This document shows, one piece after another, positions 12,022 to 23,000 of a stretch of 64,000 nucleotides of DNA. Made by a program: the position numbers and the translations under genes. Source of the DNA: Takakia lepidozioides (Eukaryota > Plantae > Bryophyta); NCBI GenBank assembly GCA_030704615.1, contig CM060731.1, positions 806,001 through 870,000 of the forward strand. Direction: 5' to 3'. Numbering within the stretch: the first letter of the stretch is position 1; each line of letters starts with the position of its first letter. Below the pieces are notes generated by a model that saw nothing but the letters and a program-made list of their open reading frames with translations, was not told the origin of the DNA and ran no database searches.

Positions 12022-12606
12022 AAGAGAGAGGTCGGTTTTGGTGGCAGGGTTTAGATTTTCCCAGCCCTAAAAAAGGAGGGCTCGGATGGGTTTTGAATTG
12101 GACGGTCCAGATCCGGCGCCGTCGGCGGACTGGATGCCCACAGATTGGAGGGCGGACTAGAGGCCAGTGGACTGATAGCAGACTGGAGGGCAGCGGACTG
12201 GGGGCGCGGCGGACCGCAGGCAAGGCTGCCGCGGGTGCGGTTGGTGGGCCGCGGGTGCTGCGCCCGTGGCAGCAGCGGGCGTGGCTGGACGACCGCGCGC
12301 AGCGGCGGGTGGGGGGGTCCGGGTGGGGGGAGCCGGGCGTCTGTGCGCGGGGCCCACCAGTCAGCTCGCGCGTGCGCCATAACGTCCCAAGTATTGTAAA
12401 ATGAGAGGCGATAAAAGCTAGTTTGTTTCCGATTTTCTTTCTTTTTTCCTTTTTTTTTAAATGTTTTTTTAAACAGGGGACAGATCGAGGCCCTGGGAGA
12501 ACTTTTCCTTTACATTTTTTTAAAAAAAAATTACATTATCTTTCTTGCGATTAAAATAGAGAAAACTTTCTCTTTTTTTTTCCTTTTTTCCACCTCTTCC
12601 ATTCCA

Positions 12607-12802
12607 AAACCAGCTCAGTTGGATAAGTGCACTTTGTGCCACCTTAGAGGGTTGGGGTTCAAATCCTGCCAACTTGTCCTTCTATGGTTTCATATGGCTT
12701 ATATGACAAGGGGTTAATTTTTGCGCCTCCTCTAGAAGGGGCCTCACAAGCTGTCGCTTGAAGGTTGTCTTTTAAGACAGAAATACATAAATCCAAATCC
12801 AA
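12607..12802 (+). mobile_element. tRNA-derived SINE
   Basis: Pol III A box agctcagttgg (12612-12622) and B box ggttcaaatcc (12656-12666), a non-tRNA body and an aaatccaaatcc tail. Confidence 0.65.
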
Positions 12803-12825
12803 GCTTGTCATAGACATCCGACTAA

Positions 12826-13205
12826 GGGCCATACCACACTAGCGGCAAGAGGGGCAGCGGCACTCAATATCGGACCCTCCTATTGGTTTAAGGGAGGGTA
12901 GTGTGCCGCTCTCCTACCACACTAGCGGATGCTGCCGGTGGAGAGGCTCCGACCTGGTGCCTACATGTCACATTACCGTGAAATACGGATTTCCAGGCAG
13001 TGTTTCTCCTGACGTGATTCTCCCGCCATCGCGAAGCTGGTCTCTCCAACCCCGTCGTGCGATGGTATCTCCTACCGATTTTTTTGCCGTTGGGCTTTTG
13101 CTATAGTGTGGTAGCCGACTCATTGCCGCATATAGACCTATGTCGTCCAATAGCCTGCAACGTCCACGTCACTGCCGTTGGTGTGCCGCTAGTGTGGTAC
13201 GGCCC
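12826..13205. mobile_element. Tourist/PIF-Harbinger MITE, 380 bp
   Basis: TAA|gggccataccacactagcggca ... tgccgctagtgtggtacggccc|TAA: 22-bp TIR with 1 mismatch, TAA TSD and internal copies of the TIR core. Confidence 0.92.
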
Positions 13206-13730
13206 TAAGTTTGGCATTCATTGAACAAATATTGTCATCCATCTCATTTATAGATGACTATGTACTGACTAGAGTTGCTGGAAAGATTCTAGAGAAACCA
13301 TGCATAAAGAAATTGGGACTTATTTTTTCCTTGTGATACAACGATCCTCCGTGAACCTCCATTTTGGAAAGTACTCTAGCTTTTGGAAGATGGGTGTTGG
13401 TGTGAGGTGAGCATAGCGTGAGCAGAAATGGCTTAGGAAAAAGACCTTGCCAGGTATAACTTGTGCAGATGTTATCCAGATTCGATTTTTTTATTTTTTT
13501 ATTTTTTTATTTTTTTCTATACCTGCCCTGTTTTACTCTCTTCCTCCAATTTCCTCTCTGTCACGTAGCCTTGTGTTGCGTGATGTCCATTGCAAGTTCT
13601 CGTTGGCCTTGTGATTCTCTTGCAAATTATTGTTGCATTTTGATTCTCCTGCAAGTTGTCATTGCGATCGGCTTGTCTTGCGTCTTCATTAGTTGTTCTC
13701 GTGGTGTTGACTATTGCTTGTGTTGTTGTT

Positions 13731-13824
13731 CTATAGGGCCCACTCCCGAAAGGGGGCAGTAGCCGTGAGGTGAAGTGGCTCTTAGTTACGCCGGCCTTGG
13801 CCGGAGTCTTCTCTCTCTCTCTCT
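13731..13824 (+). other. Isolated structured 3' end of a non-LTR retroelement with (CT)n tail
   Basis: Same stem/loop layout as 17621-17716 (see findings). Confidence 0.6.
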
Positions 13825-13999
13825 GTGTTGTAACTGTTCTTTGCTTGCATTTGTTTTGTGTCCATTGTGTTGTTTTGCATTGTTGCGCAATTGGGCACCT
13901 TGTCTATTTGGTTTCAATAGAGAAGGTGGCTCTGTCAATTTGCTGTTATGGCTACCTTCGATGATCCCCCCCTACTCCAAAACACCCAGCTAAGAAGGC

Positions 14000-15747
14000 T
14001 CTTATGATCGCTGAATGGGCGAGGGGCCTAAGTGCCAGTGAGGAGCAACTAGCTCAACTCATTGGGGCATTGAACGAGGAGTATTTAGTTCAGATGAAAC
14101 GCTCTACTCGAATCACTTGTTCTGTATTCCCTAATATGGGCCCAGCTAATTTCCATTACTTGTGGCGTCGCCTAACAGTTGATCAAGTGCTCATCACCTC
14201 GAAGAATTGGGGATGGTAGGACAAACGGTGAAAATGAAATCCTCCATCCCCCTTGTTTTGGTATATAGCACTATAATGGAAACCACATGGGACATCGTGG
14301 CGGGGACGGAGTTTTGGGGCATATCATTTTTCGGTTGTGGATTTGTGGATTTTATCAACCTGTTTTGACTAGTTGCTCTCATGCAGAAAATTTGCATACA
14401 AACAAACTTTATGCACAACAAAGTGAATTCTATAGGCAAGCGCAAGGGCATGAAGATGTGGTATCCACGGTGAAAGAACTGAGAGCATGGCTGGCTGTCC
14501 ACATCATCATGGGAATTGAAAAGTCGTGTAACACTAGGCTGCATTGGAAGGCTAACCTTGAACTCTTCAAATGTGATACAATAGCCAGAATTATGAGTCG
14601 GAACATGTGGGTGGGAGGCAATCTTGCGATGCGTCCACCTTGTTGACAATGCCAATGTAGTTGTAAGATATCATGTGTACGATAAATTGATGAAAACAAG
14701 GTGGTTGATGGCCGCACAAATGCTTTGTATGCTGAATATAACCAGCCTGAACAAAATCTTTGCATTGACGAGATGATGGTCAATTTACAAGGGGAAGTGT
14801 TCTAATGTGCAGCAATACATGGCCAAAGAAACTTGTAAAGTGGGGAATCAAGATATGGTATCTGGCAAATGCTAAGAGTAGGTACGTTTAGAAGATGGAA
14901 GTGTACTTAGGAAAAGAATAAAAGATGGATCTGATTCATGGTGCCATGGGCTATTCAGTAGTGACACGGTTATTTTTTTACTTTGAAGATGAAAGACACC
15001 TCAAAGACACCTATGTTCTCTTCTACGACTTGGCTGACAAAGGAATATATGCCACTGACACAATAAAGACGATCCATGTGGGTTTTTCGAGTTGTTTAAT
15101 GGATTTGGGTAAAAAAGAAAAGAGGATGAGACTGCAGTTGCACATGCATATTTCACGAAAGATATATAATTGCGTTTCCATGGTTTGACAAGAAGTGTGT
15201 CAACTTGTTGTCCACTGCTGTCAGCCTGTTGATCCTAATTAATGTTATATATTTAGACATTGGCATAATTAATATGGCAAGACACCTTGTGCCCATGAGC
15301 TCCCATGTGGTGAAGCACTACGAAGAACATATGAGGGGCATGGATGTTCAAGACCAATTACGTGGGTATTATAGGGTATAGACATGTGATCCCAAATGGG
15401 GGCATAGGCTGTACTTCCATTCTATTAACATCAGTTGGGTGAATGGCTATATCATGTACCAACGATCTAGGGCAGCAAATGATCGTACCCCTCGATCACA
15501 TTTGCTTTTCAATTTAGAGATGGCTAATGGTTTAATTGGTGGCCGGTGGGTTGGTGATCTCAGGAGAACAGTCTTGCCAGAGGCATGTGTAGCGAATCAC
15601 GAGGCACTCCACTCCTCCATGAAAAGTAGTCAAAGAAGGAAGCGTGTTAATTTTTGTGGTACAAGGCAGAGGTACTTCTACTCTTTGTGTGGAGATGTCC
15701 CCATCTGCTTGGGAGCATGCTTTGTGAAGCATCATAGTGGAGGCTGA
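14000..15747 (+). pseudogene. piggyBac-family transposase relic
   Basis: ELRAWLAVHIIMG..W..IARIMSRN; YQPEQNLCIDEMMV; QYM..VKWGIKIWYLA; KGIYATDTI; YEEHMRGMDVQDQLRGYY..KWGHRLYF..VNGYIMY; C-terminal Cys-rich LCGDVPICLGACFVKHH. Many frameshifts; TTAA/TIRs not found. Confidence 0.85.
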
Positions 15748-16750
15748 TGATCTATGTGAGTTCCAATTTACTGACTGTTGTGCGTTGTTTCTTGTTGCAG
15801 AGATAAGGCAACTTTGTGAAGGAGGAGGTATCTCTTTTTATTTCCCTTCTTCGGTTGTGATGTTGGGTTTGTCTTTGAATGCGGAGGTTTGCCTTGCTTC
15901 ATAACATTGCTGGCTTTGAAGAGGTTTTATTAGATGGTCATAGGCTAGTGAGTCGCTCGGATATAAATCATGGTATGACTGGAGTTCTTGGAATGGGTCA
16001 TTGGGGTTGGGCTGATGGTAAGTCTAATGTTTTTGGCGAATATATATGGTCTGCCAAGAGGGAACTTGAGCAAATACATAATAACAACCATTTTCACACT
16101 TGCATGATGTAGTTTGTTGCATTTGGGTAGACACCTGAGCAATAATATGAGTTTGAGTCAAAAGATAGTTCATAATTTGCATGGTGGGTAGGGTTTATTA
16201 GCTGCACTCGTTAGTTTGTTAGTGGTGCTTGGAATGAGTACCCCTATCCAAGCGGGGGGTGTAGACAAGGGGGAAACCTAGCTCCCCCCTTTGTGTGCAT
16301 ATATGAGTTGCCAAAGGGGCAATATAGTGGGTTCAAATCCCACCTATGCATTTCACTGTGTAGGTGTAGGTGAAATGGAAAGAGAGAGATGACTTAGTGG
16401 AGAGTTCAATTGCTAGAAAACAGTAATTTGCATATGTCTTGAAATGACAATTCCATGCCTTCTCTGCTTTGACCAAATGCTGGCTGATGTAATGGGCTCC
16501 AATTTCCGTGACCTTGGGCTTGTTGGAACAAGGATGCCGTCTTGATGTCGTGGGGATCAACTATTGCGTGCTGCAGTCGACCCAGCCAATGTTACCCCCT
16601 AATGCAAAATCCATAAAATTCATATATATATATATAAGAAAATCCCAAATGGGCCCCACATGCGACGATGGGAAATTCGCAAGACTTATCCGATTGGCCG
16701 GAAATTTGGCCAGGCCCGGACAGGGGTAGGCTTCATATTAACCTGTCAAA

Positions 16751-17728
16751 GCAACAATTCCAAGTATCCCGCACCTACACAAAACCATACATATCAAAAT
16801 GGATATCTTCCCCGCACCTAGTGCATGCCATGTCCAACCACTTTTGGATCTCTCCTATAATTACCGATGCCCAAATCAGACAAACACTACGATTTCGATA
16901 CGGCTAATGCATGGGTAATTAAAGAAGAAATCTATTCTGGCCTTTATTATACCCTAACAAGCATTGCACATTATGCCACGCATAGCCCCCCAAAGTTGAC
17001 ACATGGCCATACCTGCTTCTCCATTGTAAGCACCCCATACTCCATGGATTACATATAACCAGACATAACCAATGAGTTTGGCATCTTCACAAACTTATGC
17101 TGTCACATCCTAAACCCAGATGGTTTAACCTCATCAATGCAGGTACATTTCAAGGTGGACCACTGGACCACACAATACCTCCATGGCTTCTACCCTGCAC
17201 ATGTCTCTATATCCCATGTCGTTGTCTAGCAAGGTTATGTCCTGATATTCTATTTATCCATGGACTACCTCTTTCATCAACAATACCAACAGGTCCACAC
17301 CCCTCCCTCACCATTCATATAATAGAATTTACATTTTGTCATGATAGAGACCCTAACGAATCAATTATGTATAAACGTGAAAAATATGAACCGCTCATCT
17401 TAGTCCTTTGTCACTGCCCCTTTGACAATTATTATCGTTGGTGTCGGGGGGGGGGAACACATTGCCAAAATACTCAAATTCTCAAAGAAAACCTCAAACT
17501 TTCGTTAAAATACACCACCCCACTTACACTTCACAACAATTACATCACTTACAACCTTAATCCTCAACAAAAGAAAGATTGAAAGTGGCCAGCTTGCCAC
17601 TACGTAACTGGTTCTGGTTCTGATAGAGCCCCCCCCCCCCCTCCCTCTCCCTAAAAGGGAGCAGTACCTGCAAAGGGAAGACTCGGCTCTCATTTACGCT
17701 AGCTCCGGCTGGCGTCATATATATATAT
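16751..17728 (+). mobile_element. 5'-truncated non-LTR retrotransposon with restriction-like endonuclease (REL) domain
   Basis: LCPDILFIHG...IHIIEFTFCHDRDP...KREKYEPLI is a PD-(D/E)-type REL motif. (TA)n tail; 9-bp TSD cctgtcaaa at 16742-16750 and 17729-17737. Confidence 0.75.
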
Positions 17729-18713
17729 CCTGTCAAAATTTCCAGATTTCCAGATTCATGTTTTTCCAGAAATTACATAATTTTTACTGGGCGGGGTCCA
17801 CTTTTGGAAAAAGTCAAGGGACCCGCGTGTTTAGGGGCTAAATAAAATAAGAAAAAAAAGAAAACTTGGGGAGGGCTGGCAGTTACATAGTCTAATGAAT
17901 ATATTTTAAACATATAGAAAACACCAGAGATTTTTGCAAAGAAAAAAAGTATCCCAAATAAGGTTCGGGCCTTTGGCCCATGAATATTTTTAATAAAGTT
18001 AAATCAGGGCCACTGTCCCCTGTTAATCTAGAAACAAAACAAAAAAAGTTAAAACTTTCTTAGTGCTTGAGACATATTGCCAAAAGCAAATTTGAGAAAA
18101 CATAAAATAATGAATAACGTAAAATAGTAATATAGTATTGTTAATGACCGTATATTTCGTTAGCGAAGGATGAGGATTACTCACATATATGTGATAGTTT
18201 TGTTGACGATAAGATTGAAAAAAAAAAAATAGTTTCGCTGGAGAAACTTATTTTCCCTAGTTTTCTTTACCGGATGGGTGCTCATTTGAGCACAAACTTG
18301 AAACAGTTTTGCAATTTGTTTTGACACGAGCACACTTATGTTTTGCCATAACATATTCTTTGCATATTTGGCATGAGCATGCCCTCTGGGCACAGAAGAT
18401 GCCTCCGCCCCAGTTTTCTCCGGCCAAGTTACCAGGGCAGTGGGAACCTAACACGTGACTGCTTTGCTGGCAGCCGACAGCGACGACAAGGAGGAACACC
18501 AGAGACCATGAAAGCAGCTGTCAAAACCATTTTAGCAGATCCCTTCAGGCACTCACAAAGAACTGGCAGAAAATTTCTGTTTTCATTTTAGGTTTTAGAC
18601 GCCTTTTTGGAGGAAATAGAGCCGGTAGGCCTATTGCAAAGACAGGGCTCCTATAGCCTGTGAGCGGTTGAAAGGTGTCCACTTTCCAGACCAAAGGCTG
18701 TAGCTAGGGACAC

Positions 18714-18715
<2 letters not shown>

Positions 18716-18766
<51 letters not shown>
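18716..18766. repeat. (GA)n microsatellite
   Basis: About 25 perfect GA units. Confidence 0.97.
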
Positions 18767-18768
<2 letters not shown>

Positions 18769-19407
18769 GAGGCAGTTGGACAGGGCGCTATTGGCAATTG
18801 ACGAGATATCTTTGTCGAGCATGCACTACCATGTGAGAACTGACAGTTTTCCTCCAAGTAAAGACCACCCACTTTTGTTATGTTACCTTTCCAATTGAAG
18901 TCTGCACTTTTGATGTGCACCTATTGGAAGGTCGAATCTCTATCTGAAACTCTACTGGGAAACTCTGCTTGAGTTCTGTTATTCCAGCCTAATGTGTGTT
19001 GCTGAAGTGCCATGAAATGGTGGACACTATGGAGACCACCAACTTTTTGATGTTCTACAAGGACTATCAAGTAGTGATGTGGAAGTTTCACTTGTACAGG
19101 GTGAAGGATCCCCGGCATTGAATCCACCATAAGTATGACTTGATTGCTCTTGGTCCATGAGTGTATGGTACATTGATGCATCAACGAGAGGCAGGAGGGT
19201 GCCTTGTAACTCGACGACGTAGAATTGCCCAGAACTCGTTTGCTATAAACCATTGGACAAGGCAAAGCGTTGCCAACCACATGCTGGTCCCCAGAAAGCA
19301 GTTCAACAATTCTTTGCAGCAGGGTTCTTCCCCTGTGTGTCAGTCTGAATCCCACTCTTTAGGCAATTTTCGAAGACCACAATGGTGTTAGCCAATATAT
19401 CGTACCA

Positions 19408-20020
19408 ATTTAGCATGGTTTAGCCAGGGTTCTGCATATTATTTCACAGAGTTAATCCAAATGTCAGACACACAACAGTGCATCTACTGGCCCACAACCA
19501 GCCCACTTTTTTAAAATGGATACTTTTGAATGTAAACCATCTACCAGAAGAACAAATACACCCTAGAAACGTTACAAAGGAACACTCGATTAGTTCCAAA
19601 CTTTATATAAGCACATAAACCAGGCCAGCAGAATGCACAAGAATTATTTTGGTAGGATTGGTAAAGACAAGCTGAGGGCGACCCGAATGTAGCATGGGCA
19701 CGAAATAAGCCCAATGCCCACAATTTAGCATCAGGGCTCTGCATATTACTTCACCCAGAGTTAATCCAAATGTTAGAGACAACAGTCCTGGCCCACAACC
19801 AGCCCACTTAAAAAAAAAGGATACTTTTGAAGGTAAACCATCTACCAGAAGAACATATACACCCTAGAAATATTACAAATCAACACTTGATGAGTTTCAA
19901 ACTTTACACAAGAACATAAACCAGGTCAGCAGAATGCACAAAGATTCTTTTGGGAGGATTGGTAAAGACATAAGCAGAGGGCGACCCGCATGTAGCATGG
20001 GCACGATATAAGCCCAATGC
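19408..20020. repeat. About 305-bp tandem duplication of the end of the BK last exon and 3' UTR
   Basis: Copy 19724-20020 (intact, ...ALGLYRAHATCGSPSAYVF) and copy 19408-19720 (ALGLFRAHATFGSPSA, then frameshift). Confidence 0.88.
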
Positions 20021-23000
20021 CAGAATGCCTTGATGTTGTAGCAGCCCAAGAAACAGATCAGTGTACGGATGATTGATGTATTGCTCAGGCACCTTAATCT
20101 GCTCTAACAGAGGTGACTGCTTTGCACTCAGGCAACCATCTTGTTTCACGTAGCCCCCTTCCACTAGTTGCTCGACTATAGACACTGTATTTCGGTTGTA
20201 AAATGACGATCGTCTGCATTCATGCATCACAGAGAACATGCTTCACAATCATCAAAGCTCAAAGAACATGCCACCTGAGGCCATAATAGAGTTCTGAGGG
20301 ACACTGCTCACCAGTCAAGCAACTCATGCACCCAAAGACATTGCACTTGGGTCAGTGGCTAAAAAGCAACACATTTACAGAGAATAACCACGGTGCACCA
20401 ATCTAGCACATTGTCATGGTCCACCAGATAGACCAATATGTACATCGTGCATATGTTTTAACATTCCTTTGGAGAAGGAAATGGAGGATTACGACACAAT
20501 GGCATGCAGGTGTTACATGAGTAGAAGTCCAAGCTTGATAGCTTTGTCACAACTGACATGGTTTAAAAAGAGTTGAGGTTTTCTTAAGTTTCAGTGAAGA
20601 TCATCATGGTGCAACAAGATCTGATCCATGCAATAAGACAACAATCAAACACCATCCAGAGAAGAAGGTACTTACAGCAAGAAACCGAGCAAACTGGGGG
20701 ACACAACTTTGCCTTCCATATACGGAGGCGTGAAGTGAACTATAGCGTCACGGTTGTGCTCGTAGTCCATCTTGTTGATCTTACTGCGTGGGATCTCATA
20801 TTGGGGGCGCAGATAATGGAACCCGACTGTGTGCTGCATCTCCACCACCATAATCTCAGTCTTCTCTCCCACCAGCCGCTCCACATTAGCAGCTATCACT
20901 ACATTATCCACATCACTAGTATATTCTGATGAGCGGTGCCTCACATCTGCTCCCCTCACATCCAGTGGTCTACCTTGATCCGCCAGGATGACCACTTTCT
21001 CTGCACATGTTTTCAGCCATTGTCCCAACTTATATAAGCAAAACCCTAACAAAGTTTTTGCGCACTTGTGTAAGATGCTGTTAGGAGCAATCCAATTATC
21101 GAAGTCAAACTATGCTTGATCCTTGGGTCCTGTGCCTTGTCAGACTTTCACAGATCCAAGACATTAGAAGCACAGGCACTGTGGCTCCACTCCTGATATG
21201 ATGAAAGTAAAGCTCCCAAGGCTCCTAGCTTGAAAAAATCCGTATGGGGTATAGATTGGGGTGGTTTTCAGCATTAGCCACATACAGTGCGAGAAGTGTT
21301 TCTCCTGGACAGTATGCTCAGAACTGGCCTCTGGAGGTCCCAGCACCCTTTCAGTCTGTCTGTCTATATGACAATATGGAAAGAATCTTTCCGTAGACTT
21401 CTTGTGGGAAGATCTGTCCATATGCCCAAAAAAATACTCTGTTCAATTAGAAGTACATTGGTGAACATGTGTCGCGAACCCTGGTGTATGTGAGCTTGAG
21501 GTCTTGTGTGAGGTCCTGTTCACATGATCGATATATGTGAAAGAACCACTGGGAAACTTCTTCCCATTAAGAGATATAGATACACATGCAGTTGAAACAG
21601 CCTCAACAAACATGTAACACAATTCAAAGCAAGAGACCTGCTTGAAGAATACCACCAAGCATGAGATCAAGCTCGTACACAGGAGAGCCTTTGAGAAAGA
21701 AGACACCATGGAAGATGCCCACCAAGCCCCACTGCTCGGCACTTGGCTCATTCGGGTGCATAATTACAATGGGTGGATTGGGAAACCCAGGCTTACGCAA
21801 CTCCCTGAGAAAGTAGAAAATGTGTCGAGGCCAGCTGTCCTGGCAGCAAACCAACATATGTGGCAAATCCAAATCCACGACAGAAACAGTCCGCATTTGA
21901 AGGTCTTGGAGTATGACGTCTGCTTTTTGTTCCAGAACTGCTGGATGTGGCGGCTCGAAGTGAGATAATGGTGGCCATGCCAGCAATTCCTCTATTGCAT
22001 TTAACAGTGCCGGTTCTCTGGGGCCCTGAGAAACACTTCCACGTTTAGTACTTTTCTTGCTGGTCAACGTGGCATCGTGGGAATTATGGTGCTCATTAAC
22101 TGAGCCTGGAAGTGTGCATTGTTCACAAGGATGATCCTGCTCTTTCCTATGACCCTCATCCACATGGCGGATAGCTGAACTCAGCTCTGACTCCAGCCTG
22201 TAATGCCCCTCAGGGCCAACTGGAAATGTTCGTGGATGAGGTCTCTCAGTAGTTTCATCCACATCGACAAACGATGGTTTAGTGTAGATGCCAACAGTGA
22301 CAGATCCTGTCCGCTTCCATCGATTCTTCACCCTCTCTAGCTCCCCTTCATCTTCAATGGCATTTGAGCACTGGGCTTGACACTCCTCATTGTTGCGCCA
22401 TAATCTTTCACAAAGCTGTAATTGCAGTTTCTTGTCCCCATACTGAGAGATGGACAAGGCAGTGTCAAGGTCCTTTGAGATTACAAACCCTACATCATCG
22501 GGTTGTATGATGTGACCCTTTGGATGCAGCAACACCTAGCATCAATGAGATTCATTTTTGACCAATGAAAAAACATTCAGAAGGGCAGTAGCAGTCACAT
22601 ATTGTTCCTAAGTCCCTAGTACATATGGGGATAGCTTGCAGCATCCAAGAGCAGCAGCAGGATAAATTGACGCAAATGGGTACGGATAATAATATTGGAA
22701 CCAGTACCTTGCGGATGCTGCAATTTTTCTTCTTGTGGAGCACAGTGACATCTATTGCAAACAGCACAGCACTATAAGTCATAAACACAAACTCTGCAAC
22801 CTGCAAAAACTCAACCATCCACATCATCTTGTCACCATGTACAGATGGCATAACTTACTACATAATGATTTCAGCACTCTGAAGTACTGAAACTGAAGTA
22901 AACTGAAAGTGGGATTGAAACTATGCAAGTATTAAACTGAAGCACTGGAGTGGGAGGGAAGGAAAAAGGCACAGAGAGGTCTCATACCTCTTCAAAAATC

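Larger units (their letters stand above)
2312..12411. mobile_element. MuDR/Mutator-like element (about 10.1 kb) with long degenerate GC-rich TIRs and two convergent transcription units
   Basis: Left end ttgcctctcatttttgaataattgggagtttatgtcgcacg versus reverse complement of right end tcgcctctcattttacaatacttgggacgttatggcgcacg; patchy inverted similarity for about 250 bp. Encloses a SWIM transposase + Ulp1 (+) and an accessory gene (-). Confidence 0.8.

Noticed and set aside
12607-12680. tRNA gene
   Set aside because: A and B boxes are present but there is no convincing acceptor or anticodon stem, and a SINE-like body and tail follow.
16622-18031. Helitron (TA-rich start, hairpin + CTAG near 18028)
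   Set aside because: The hairpin belongs to the thrice-repeated retroposon tail, and CTAG is not followed by T.
18921-19391. Extra BK exon or separate gene
   Set aside because: Lies downstream of the BK stop, has multiple stops and shows no motif.
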